Positions 25,451 through 36,800 of a stretch of 64,000 nt of DNA are shown here, one piece after another. A model generated the notes under the pieces. It was given only the letters and a program-made list of their open reading frames with translations. It had not been told where the DNA came from and made no database searches. Numbering within the stretch: the stretch's first letter is position 1; each line of letters begins with the position of its first letter. The stretch is from positions 205,468,001-205,532,000 of the forward strand of contig OZ024743.1 of the NCBI GenBank assembly GCA_964016885.1. Direction: 5' to 3'. The stretch comes from Eledone cirrhosa (lineage: Eukaryota). The position numbers were made by a program, and so were the translations under genes.

Positions 25451-26232
25451 TTGGCTGGCTGGAAATTATCTCCCCTTGGAGGCTGGAATTTATCTCCCCT
25501 TGGACGGCTAGAAATTACCTCTCCTTGGACGGCTGGAAATTATGTCTCCTTGGACGGTTGGAAATTATCTCCCCTTGGACGGCTGGAAATTATCTCCCCT
25601 TGGACGGCTGGAAATTATCTCCCCTTGGACGGCTAGATATTACCTCTCCTTGGACGGCTGGAAATTATCTGCCCTTGGACGGCTGGAAATTATCTCCCCT
25701 TGGACGGCTGGAAATTATTTCACCTTGATTTTTTTTACAAATTATCTCCCCCTGATTTTTTTTTACAAATCTCCACCTAATTAAAAAAAAAATTATCTCC
25801 CCTTCGCTGGCTGGAAATTATCTTCCTCTGGACGGCTGGAAATTATAGCCGCTTGTAGGGCTGGAAATTATCTCCCCTTGGACGGCTGGAAATTATCTCC
25901 CCTTGATTTTTTTTACTAAGTATCTCACCCTGATTTTTTTTTACAAATTATCTCCGCCTGATTTTTAAAAAAAAATTATCTCCCCTTGGCTGGATGGAAA
26001 TTATCTCCCCTTGGACGGCTGGAAATTATCTTCCCTTGATTTCTTCTACAAATTATCTACCCCTGATTTTTTTTTTACAAATTATCTCTCCCTGATTTTT
26101 TTTTACAAATATCTCCCCTTCGCTGGCTGACAAATCATCTCCGCCTGATTTTTTTAAAAACTTATCTCCCTTGGCTTGCTTGAAATTATCTCCCCTTGGA
26201 CGGCTATAAATTATCTCTCCTTCGACGGCTGG

Positions 26233-28575
26233 AAATTATCTCCCCTTGATTTTTTTACAAATTATCTCCCCCTGATTTTTTTTACCAATCTACCCCTGAT
26301 TTAAAAAAAAATTATCTCTCCTTCGCTGGCTGGAAATTATCTCCCCTTGGACGGCTGGAAATTATCTCCCCTTGATTTTTTTTACAAATTATCTACCCTG
26401 ATTTTTTTACAAATTATCTCCCCCTGATTTTTTTTTACAAATTATCTCCCCCTGATTTTTTTTTTTACAAATTATCTCCGCCTGATTTTTTTAAAATTAT
26501 CTCCCCTTGGCTGGATGGAAATTATCTCCCCTTGGACGGCTGGAAATTATCTCCCCTTGCACGGCTGGAAATTATCTTCCCTTGGACGGCTAGAAATTAC
26601 CTCTCCTTGGACGGCTGAAAATTATCTCCCCTTGGACGGCTGGAAATTATCTCCCCCTGATTTTTTTTACAAATTATCTCCCCTTGCACGGCTGGAAATT
26701 ATCTCCCCTTGGACGGCTGGAAATTATCTGCCCTTGATTTTGTTTTTACAAATTATCTCCCCCTGATTTTTTTTACAAATTATCTCCACCTGATATTTTA
26801 AAAAATTATCTCCCCTTGGACGGCTGGAAATTATCTCCCCTTGGCTGGAAATTATCTCCCCTTGGACGGCTAGAAATTATCTCTCTTTGGACGGCTGGAA
26901 ATTATCTCCCCTTGATTCTTTTTACAAATTATCTCCCCCTGATTTTTTTTACAAATCTCCCCCTAATTTAAAAAAAAATTATCTCCCCTTCGCTGGCTGG
27001 AAATTATCTCCCCTTGGACGCTGAAAATTATAGCCCCTTGGAGGCTGGAAATTATCTTCCCTTGGACGGCTGGAAATTATCTCCCCTTGATTTTTTTACA
27101 AATTATCTCCCCCTGATTTTTTTTTACAAATTATCTCCCCCTGATTTTTTTTTTACAAATTATCTCCCCTTGGACGGGTGGAAATTATCTCCCCTTGGAC
27201 GGCTTGAAATTATCTCCCCTTGGACGGCTAGAAATTACCTCTCCTTGGACGGCTGAAAATTATCTCCCCTTGATTTTTTTTACAAATTATCTCCCCCTGA
27301 TTTTTTTTTTTACAAATTATCTCCCCCTGATTTTATTTTACATATTATCTACCCCTGATTTTTTTTTACAAATTATCTCCACCTGATCTTTTTTACAAAT
27401 TATCTCCCCTTGATTTTTTTTACAAATTATCTCCCCCTGATTTTTTTTACCAATCTACCCCTGATTTAAAAAAAAATTATCTCTCCTTCGCTGGCTGGAA
27501 ATTATCTCCCCTTGGACGGCTGGAAATTATCTCCCCTTGATTTTTTTTACAAATTATCTACCCTGATTTTTTTACAAATTATCTCCCCCTGATTTTTTTT
27601 TACAAATTATCTCCCCCTGATTTTTTTTTTTACAAATTATCTCCGCCTGATTTTTTTAAAATTATCTCCCCTTGGCTGGATGGAAATTATCTCCCCTTGG
27701 ACGGCTGGAAATTATCTCCCCTTGCACGGCTGGAAATTATCTTCCCTTGGACGGCTAGAAATTACCTCTCCTTGGACGGCTGAAAATTATCTCCCCTTGG
27801 ACGGCTGGAAATTATCTCCCCCTGATTTTTTTTACAAATTATCTCCCCTTGCACGGCTGGAAATTATCTCCCCTTGGACGGCTGGAAATTATCTGCCCTT
27901 GATTTTGTTTTTACAAATTATCTCCCCCTGATTTTTTTTACAAATTATCTCCACCTGATATTTTAAAAAATTATCTCCCCTTGGACGGCTGGAAATTATC
28001 TCCCCTTGGCTGGAAATTATCTCCCCTTGGACGGCTAGAAATTATCTCTCTTTGGACGGCTGGAAATTATCTCCCCTTGATTCTTTTTACAAATTATCTC
28101 CCCCTGATTTTTTTTACAAATCTCCCCCTAATTTAAAAAAAAATTATCTCCCCTTCGCTGGCTGGAAATTATCTCCCCTTGGACGCTGAAAATTATAGCC
28201 CCTTGGAGGCTGGAAATTATCTTCCCTTGGACGGCTGGAAATTATCTCCCCTTGATTTTTTTACAAATTATCTCCCCCTGATTTTTTTTTACAAATTATC
28301 TCCCCCTGATTTTTTTTTTACAAATTATCTCCCCTTGGACGGGTGGAAATTATCTCCCCTTGGACGGCTTGAAATTATCTCCCCTTGGACGGCTAGAAAT
28401 TACCTCTCCTTGGACGGCTGAAAATTATCTCCCCTTGATTTTTTTTACAAATTATCTCCCCCTGATTTTTTTTTTTACAAATTATCTCCCCCTGATTTTA
28501 TTTTACATATTATCTACCCCTGATTTTTTTTTACAAATTATCTCCACCTGATCTTTTTTACAAATTATCTCCCCC
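26233..28575 (+). repeat. 1,165-bp tandem duplication within macro-copy 1
   Basis: Identical ORFs at offset 1165 (26515/27680, 27014/28179, 27195/28360); ACCAATC at 26284 and 27449. Confidence 0.95.
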
Positions 28576-30239
28576 TGATTTTTTTTTTACAAATTATCTC
28601 CCCCTGATTTTTTTACAAATTATCTCCCCCTAATTTATTTTACAAATTATCTCCGCCTGATTTTTTTAAATATTATCTTCCCTTGGCTGGCGGGAAATAA
28701 TCTCCCCTTGGACGGCTGGAAATTATCTCCCCTTGGAAGGATGGAAATTATCTTCCCTTGGACGGCTGGAAATTATCTCCCCTTGCACGGCTGGAAATTA
28801 TCTCACCTTGGACGGCTGGAAATTATCTCCCCTTCGCTGGAAATTATCTCCCCTTGGATGGCTAGAAATTATCTCTCTTTGGACGGCTGGAAATTATCTC
28901 CCCTTGATTCTTTTTACAAATTATCTCCCCCTGATTTTTTTTACAAATCTCCCAGTGATTTTTAAAAAAAAATTATCTCCCTTTCGCTGGCTGGAAATTA
29001 TCTCCCCTTGGACGCTGGAAATTATAGCCCCTTGGAGGGCTGGAAATTATCTTCCGTTGGACGGCTGGAAATTATCTCCCCTTGATTTTTTTTACATATT
29101 ATCTCCCCCTGATTTTTTTTACAACTTATCTCCGCCTGATTTTTTTAAAAAAATTATCTCCCCTTGGACGGCTGGAAATTATCTCCCCTTGGACGGCTGG
29201 AAATTATCTCTCCTTGGTCGGCTAGAAATTACCTCTCCTTGGACGGCTGAAAATTATCTCCCCTTGGACGGCTGGAAATTATCTCCCCTTGATTTTTTTT
29301 ACAAATTATCTCCCCCTGATTTTTTTTACAAATTATCTCCCCCTGATTTTTTTTACAAATTATATTCCCTTGGCTGGCTGGAAATTATCTCCCCTTGGAG
29401 GCTGGAATTTATCTCCCCTTGGACGGCTAGAAATTACCTCTCCTTGGACGGCTGGAAATTATGTCTCCTTGGACGGCTGGAAATTATCTCCCCTTGGACG
29501 GCTGGAAATTATCTCCCCTTGGACGGCTGGAAATTATCTCCCCTTGATTTTGTATACAAATTATCTCCCCCTGATATTTTTTTACAAATTATCTGCCCCT
29601 GATTATTTTTTACAAATTATCTCCCCCTGATTTTTTTTTACAAATCTCCACCTAATTAAAAAAAAAATTATCTCCCCTTCGCTGGCTGGAAATTATCTCC
29701 GCTTGGACGCTGGAAATTATAGCCCCTTGGAGGGCTGGAAGTTATCTTCGCTTCGAGGGCTGGAAATTATCTTCCCTTGGACGGCTAGAAATTATCTCCC
29801 CTTGATTTTTTTTACAAATTATCTCCCCCTGATTTTTTTTTTACAAATTATCTCCGCCTGATTTTTTTTTTAAATTATCTCCCCTTGGACGGCTGGAAAT
29901 TATCTCCCCTTGGACGGCTGGAAATTATCTCCCCTTGGACGGCTAGAAATTACGTCTCCTTGGACGGCTGAAAATTATCTCCCCTTGGACGGCTGGAAAT
30001 TATCTCCCCTTGATTTTTTTTTACAAATTGTCTCCCCCTGATTTTTTTTTACAAATTATCTACCCCTGATTTTTTTTTACAAATTATCTCCCCCTGATTT
30101 TTTTTACAAATTATCTCCCCCTGATTTTTTTTTACAAATTATCTCCCCCTGATTTTTTTTACAAATCTCCCCCTAATTTAAAAAAAAATTATCTCCCCCT
30201 GAATTTTTTTACAATCTCCGCCTGATTTTTTTAAATATT

Positions 30240-33200
30240 ATCTTCCCTTGGCTGGCGGGAAATAATCTCCCCTTGGACGGCTGGAAATTATCTCCCCTTG
30301 GAAGGATGGAAATTATCTCCCCTTGGGCGGCTGGAAATTATCTGACCTTGATTTTGTTTTTACAAATTATCTCCCCCTGATTTTTTTTACAAATTATCTC
30401 CTTCTGATTTTTGAAAAAATTATCTCCCCTTGGACGGCTGGAAATTATCTCCCCTTGGCTGAAATTATCTCCCCTTGGACGGCTAGAAATTATCTCTCTT
30501 TGGACGGCTGTAAATTATCTCCCCTTGATTTTTTTTACAAATCTCCCAGTGATTTTTTTAAAAAAATTATCTCCCCTTCGCTGGCTGGAAATTATCTCCC
30601 CTTGGACGCTGGAAATTATAGCCCGCTGATTTTTTTACAAATTATCTCCCCCTGATTTTTTTTTACAAATTATCTCCACCTGATATTTTTTTACAAATTA
30701 TCTCCGCCTGATTTTTTTTTTAAATTATCTCCCCTTGACGGCTGGAAATTATCTCCCCTTGGACGGCTGGAAATTATCTCCCCTTGATTTTTTTTTACAA
30801 ATTATGTCCCCCTGATTTTTTTTTACAAATTATCTACTCCTAATTTTTTTTTACAAATTATCTCCCCCTGATTTTTTTTACAAATTATCTCCCCCTGATT
30901 TTTTTTTACAAATTATCTCCCCCTGATTTTTTTGCAAATTATCTCACCCTGATTTTTTTACAAATTATCTCCGCCTGATTTTTTTAAATATTATCTGCCC
31001 TTGGCTGGCGGGAAATTATCTCCCCTTGGACGGCTGGAAATTATCTCCCCTTGGAAGGATGGAAATTATCTCCCCTTGGACGGCTGGAAATTATCTCCCC
31101 TTGCACTGCTGGAAATTATCTCCCCTTGGACGGCTGGAATTTATCTGCCTTTGATTTTGTTTTTACAAATTATCTTCCCCTGATTTTTTTTTCAAATTAT
31201 CTCCACCTGATTTTTTAAAAAATTATCTCCCCTTGGACGGCTGGAAATTATCTCCCCTTGGACGGCTAGAAATTATCTCTCTTTGGACGGCTGGAAATTA
31301 TCTCCTCTTGATTTTTTTTACAAATTATCTCCCCCTGATTTTTTTTACAAATCTCCCAGTGATTTTTTTTTTAAATTATCTCCCCTTCGCTGGCTGGAAA
31401 TTATCTCCCCTTGGACGGCTAGAAATTATCTCTCTTTGGACGGCTGGAAATTATCTCCCCTTGATTTTTTTTACAAATTATCTCCCCCTGATTTTTTTTT
31501 ACAAATTATCTCCCCCTGATTTTTTTTTACAAATTATCTCCCCCTGATTTTTTTTTACAAATTATCTCCCCCTGATTTTTTTTACAAATTACCTCTTTTG
31601 GACGGCTGGAAAGTATCTCCTCTTGGACGGCTGGAAATTATCTCCCTTTGGACGGCTGGAAATTATCTCCCCTTGGACGGCTGGAAATTATCTCCCCTTG
31701 GACGGCTAGAAATTACCTCTCCTTGGACGGCTGAAAATTATCTCCCCTTGGACGGCTGCAAATTATCTCCCCTTGATTTTTTTTACAAATTATCTCCCCC
31801 TGATTTTTTTTTACAAATTATCTCCCCCTGATTTTTTTTTACAAATTATCTACCCCTGATTTTTTTTACAAATTATCTCCCCCTGATTTTTTTTTACAAT
31901 TTATCTCCCCCTGATTTTTTTTTACAAATTATCTCCCCCTGATTTTTTTTTTACAAATTATCTCCCCCTGATTTTTTTACAAATTATCTCCCCCTGATTT
32001 TTTTTACAATCTCCGCCTGATTTTTTTTTAAATTATCTTCCCTTGGCTGGCGGGAAATTATCTCCCCTTGGACGGCTGGAAATTATCTCCCCTTGCACGG
32101 CTGGAAATTATCTCCCCTTGGACAGCTGGAAATTATCTGCCCTTGATTTTGTTTTTACAAATTATCTCCCCCTGATTTTTTTTACAAATTATCTCCACCT
32201 GATTTTTTAAAAAATTATCTCGCCTTGGACGGCTGGAAATTATCTCCCCTTGGCTGGAAATTATCTCCCCTTGGACGGCTAGAAATTATCTCTCTTTGGA
32301 CGGCTGGAAATTATCTCCCTTTGATTTTTTTACAAATTATCTCCCTCTGATTTTTTTTACAAATCTCCCCCTGATTTTTTGAAAAAAAATTATCTCCCCT
32401 TCGCTAGCTGGAAATTATCTCCCCTTGGACACTGCAAATTATAGCCCCTTGGAGGGCTGGAAATTATCTTCCCTTGGACAGCTGGAAATTATCTCCCCTT
32501 GATTTTTTTTACAAATTATCTCCCCCTGATTTTTTTTTACAAATTATCTCCCCCTGATTTTTTTTTTACAAATTATCTCCCCCTGTTTTTTGACAAATTA
32601 TCTCCCCCTGATTTATTTTACAAATTATCTCCGCCTGACTTTTTAAAATATTATCTTCCCTTGGCTGGCGGGAAATAATCTCCCCTTGGACGGCTGGAAA
32701 TTATCTGACCTTGATTTTGTTTTTACAAATTATCTCCCCCTGATTTTTTTTACAAATTATCTCCTTCTGATTTTTGAAAAGATTATCTCCCCTTCGCTGG
32801 CTGGCAATTATCTCCCCTTGGACGCTGGAAATTATAGCCCCCTGATTTTTTTACAAATTATCTCCCCCTGATTTTTTTTTACAAATTATCTCCACCTGAT
32901 TTTTTTTTTACAAATTATCTCCCCTTGGACGGCTGGAAATTATCTCCCCTTGGACGGCTGGAAATTATCTCCCCTTGGACGGCTAGAAATTACCTCTCCT
33001 TGGACGGCTGAAAATTATCTCCCCTTGGACGGCTGGAAATTATCTCCCCTTGATTTTTTTTTACAAATTATGTCCCCGTGATTTTTTTTTACAAATTATC
33101 TACCCCTGATTTTTTTTTTACAAATTATCTCCCCCTGATTTTTTTTACAAATTATCTCCCCCTGATTTTTTTTTTACAAATTATCTCCCCCTGATTTTTT

Positions 33201-33840
33201 TACAAATTATCTCCCCCTGATTTTTTTACAAATTATCTCCGCCTCATTTTTTTAAATATTATCTTCCCTTGGCTGGCGGGAAATTATCTCCCCTTGGACG
33301 GCTGGAAATTATCTCCCCTTGGAAGGATGGAAATTATCTCCCCTTGGACGGCTGGAAATTATCTCCCCTTGCACTGCTGGAAATTATCTCCCCTTGGACG
33401 GCTGGAAATTATCTGCCCTTGATTTTGTTTTTACAAATTATCTCCACCTGATTTTTTTTTCAAATTATCTCCACCTGATTTTTTAAAAAATTATCTCCCC
33501 TTGGACGGCCGGAAATTATCTCCCCTTGGACGGCTAGAAATTATCTCTCTTTGGACGGCTGGAAATTATCTCCTCTTGATTTTTTTTACAAATTATCTCC
33601 CCCTGATTTTTTTTACAAATCTCCCAGTGATTTTTTAAAAAAAAATTATCTCCCCTTCGCTGGCTGGAAATTATCTCCCCTTGGACGGCTAGAAATTATC
33701 TCTCTTTGGACGGCTGGAAATTATCTCCCCTTGATTTTTTTTACAAATTATCTCCCCCTGATTTTTTTTTACAAATTATCTCCCCCTGATTTTTTTTTAC
33801 AAATTATCTCCCCCTGATTTTTTTTACAAATTATCTCCCC
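30240..33840 (+). repeat. Diverged ~2.3 kb periodicity (also seen at 1-2770)
   Basis: ORF offsets of 2268 (218/2486, 31001/33269, 31283/33551) and 2363 (30323/32686). Marker TCTGACCTTG at ~1639, ~30341, ~32704. Confidence 0.8.
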
Positions 33841-36800
33841 TTGGACGGCTGGAAATTATCTCCCCTTGGCTGGAAAATATCTCCCCTTGGACGGCTAGAA
33901 ATTATCTCTCTTTGGACGGCTGGAAATTATCTCCCCTTGATTTTTTTTACAAATTATCTCCCCCTGATTTTTTTTACAAATCTCCCAGTGATTTTTTTAA
34001 AAAAATTATCTCCCCTTCGCTGGCTGGAAATTATCTCCCCTTGGACAAATTATCTGCCCTTGATTTTGTTTTTACAAATTATCTTCCCCTGATTTTTTTT
34101 TACAAATTATCTCCCCCTGATTTTTTTTTTACAAATTATCTCCGCCTGATTTTTTTTTAAATTATCTCCCCTTGGACGGCTGGAAATTATCTCCCCTTGG
34201 ACGGCTGGAAATTATCTCCCCTTGGACGGCTAGAAATTACCTCTCCTTGGACGGCTGGAAATTATCTCCCATTGATTTTTTTACAAATTATCTACCCCTG
34301 ATTTTTTTTTACAAATTATCTCCCCCTGATTTTTTTTACAAATTATCTCCCCCTGATTTTTTTACAAATTATCTCCGCCTGATTTTTTTAAATATTATCT
34401 TCCCTTGGCTGGCGGGAAATTATCTCGCCTTTGACGGCTGGAAATTATCTCCCCTTGGAAGGATGGAAATTATCTCCCCTTGGACGCTGGAAATTATAGC
34501 CCCTTGGAGGGCTGGAAATTATCTTCCCTTGGCCGGCTGGAAATTATCTCCCCTTGATTTTTTTTACAAATTATCTCCCCCTGATTTTTTTTTACAAATT
34601 ATCTCCCCCTGATTTTTTTTTACAAATTATCTCCCCCTGATTTTTTTTACAAATTATCTCCGCCTGATTTTTTTAAAAAAATTATCTCCCCTTGGACGGC
34701 TGGAAATTATCTCCCCTTGGACGGCTGGAAATTATCTCCCCTTGGACGGCTAGAAATTACCTCTCCTTGGACGGCTGAAAATTATCTCCCCTTGGACGGC
34801 TGGAATTTATCTCCCCTTGGACGGCTGGAAATTATCTCCCCTTGCACTGCTGGAAATTATCTCCCCTTGGACGGCTGGAAATTATCTCCCCTTGATTTTT
34901 TTTACAAATTATCTCCCCCTGATTTTTTTTTACAAATTATCTCCCCCTGATTTTTTTTACAAATTATCTCCCCTTGATTTTTTTTTACTAATTATCTCCC
35001 CCTGATTTTTTTTACAAATTAGCTCCCCTTGGCTGGCTGGAAATTATCTCCCCTTCGAGGCTGGAATTTATCTTCCCTTGGACGGCTAGAAATTACCTCT
35101 CCTTGGACGGCTGGAAATTATGTCTCCTTGGACGGCTGGAAATTATCTCCCCTTGGACGGCTGGAAATTATCTCCCCTTGGACGGCTGGAAATTATCTCC
35201 CCTTGGACGGCTAGATATTACCTCTCCTTGGACGGCTGGAAATTATCTGCCCTTGGACGGCTGGAAATTATCTCCCCTTGGACGGCTGGAAATTATTTCC
35301 CCTTGATTTTTTTTACAGATTATCTCCCCCTGATTTTTTTTTACAAATCTCCCCCTAATTTAAAAAAAAATTATCTCCCCTTCGCTGGCTGGAAATTATC
35401 TTCCTTTGGACGGCTGGAAATTATAGCCGCTTGTAGGGCTGGAAATTATCTCCCCTTGGACGGCTGGAAATTATCTCCCCTTGATTTTTTTTACTAATTA
35501 TCTTACCCTGAATTTTTTTTACAAATTATCTCCGCCTGATTTTTTTAAAAAAATTATCTCCCCTTGGCTGGATGGAAATTATCTCCCCTTGGACGGCTGG
35601 AAATTATCTCCCCTTGATTTCTTCTACAAAGCATCTACCCCTGATTTTTTTTTTACAAATTATTTCTCCCTGATTTTTTTTTACAAATATCTCCCCTTGG
35701 CTGGCTGGAAATTACCTCCCCTTGGCTGGCTGGAAATTATCTCCCCCTGATATTTTTTTACAAATTAGCTCCCCCTGATTTTTTTTTACAAATTATCTCC
35801 CCCTGATTTTTTTTTACCAATCTACCCCTGATTTAAAAAAAAAATTATCTCCCCTTCGCTGGCTGGAAATTATCTCCCCTTGGACGGCTGGAAATTATCT
35901 CCCCTTGGAAGGATGGAAATTATCTCCCCTTGGACGGCTGGAAATTATCTCCCCTTGCACGGCTGGAAATTATCTCCCCTTGGACGGCTAGAAATTACCT
36001 CTCCTTGGACGGCTGAAAATTATCTCCCCTTGGACGGCTGGAAATTATCTCCCCCTGATTTTTTTTAAAAATTATCTCCCCTTGCACGGCTGGAAATTAT
36101 CTCCCCTTGGACGGCTGGAAATTATCTGCCCTTGATTTTGTTTTTACAAATTATCTCCCCCTGATTTTTTTTACAAATTATCTCCACCTGATATTTAAAA
36201 AAATTATCTCCCCTTGGACGGCTGGAAATTATCTCCCCTTGGCTGGAAATTATCTCCCCTTCGCTGGCTGGAAATTATCTCCCCTTGGACGCTGGAAATT
36301 ATAGCCCCTTGGAGGCTGGAAATTATCTTCCCTTGGACGGCTGGAAATTATCTCCCCTTGATTTTTTTTACAAATTATCTCCCCCTGATTTTTTTTTACA
36401 AATTATCTCCCCCTGATTTTTTTTTTACAAATTATCTCCGCCTGATTTTTTTTTTAAAATTATCTCCCCTTGGACGGCTGGAAATTATCTCCCCTTGGAC
36501 GGCTGGAAATTATCTCCCCTTGGACGGCTAGAATTTACCTCTCCTTGGACGGCTGAAAATTATCTCCCCTTGATTTTTTTTACAAATTATCTCCCCCTGA
36601 TTTTTTTTTTTACAAATTATCTCCCCCTGATTTTATTTTACATATTATCTACCCCTGATTTTTTTTTACAAATTATCTCCGCCTGATTTTTTTACAAATT
36701 ATCTCCCCCTGATTTTTTTACAAATTATCTCCCCCTGATTTATTTTACAAATTATCTCCGCCTGATTTTTTTAAATATTATCTTCCCTTGGCTGGCGGGA

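Larger units (their letters stand above)
1..30190 (+). repeat. Macro-unit copy 1 of a ~29-31 kb tandem duplication
   Basis: Position 1 aligns to 31066. Matching ORF translations recur at offsets of 31065 (168/31233, 1621/32686, 2776/33841), 31194-31196 (3521/34717, 10955/42149), 31095 (12218/43313), 28367-28368 (17896/46263), ~28700-28734 and 28785 (24703/53488, 28733/57518). Confidence 0.95.
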
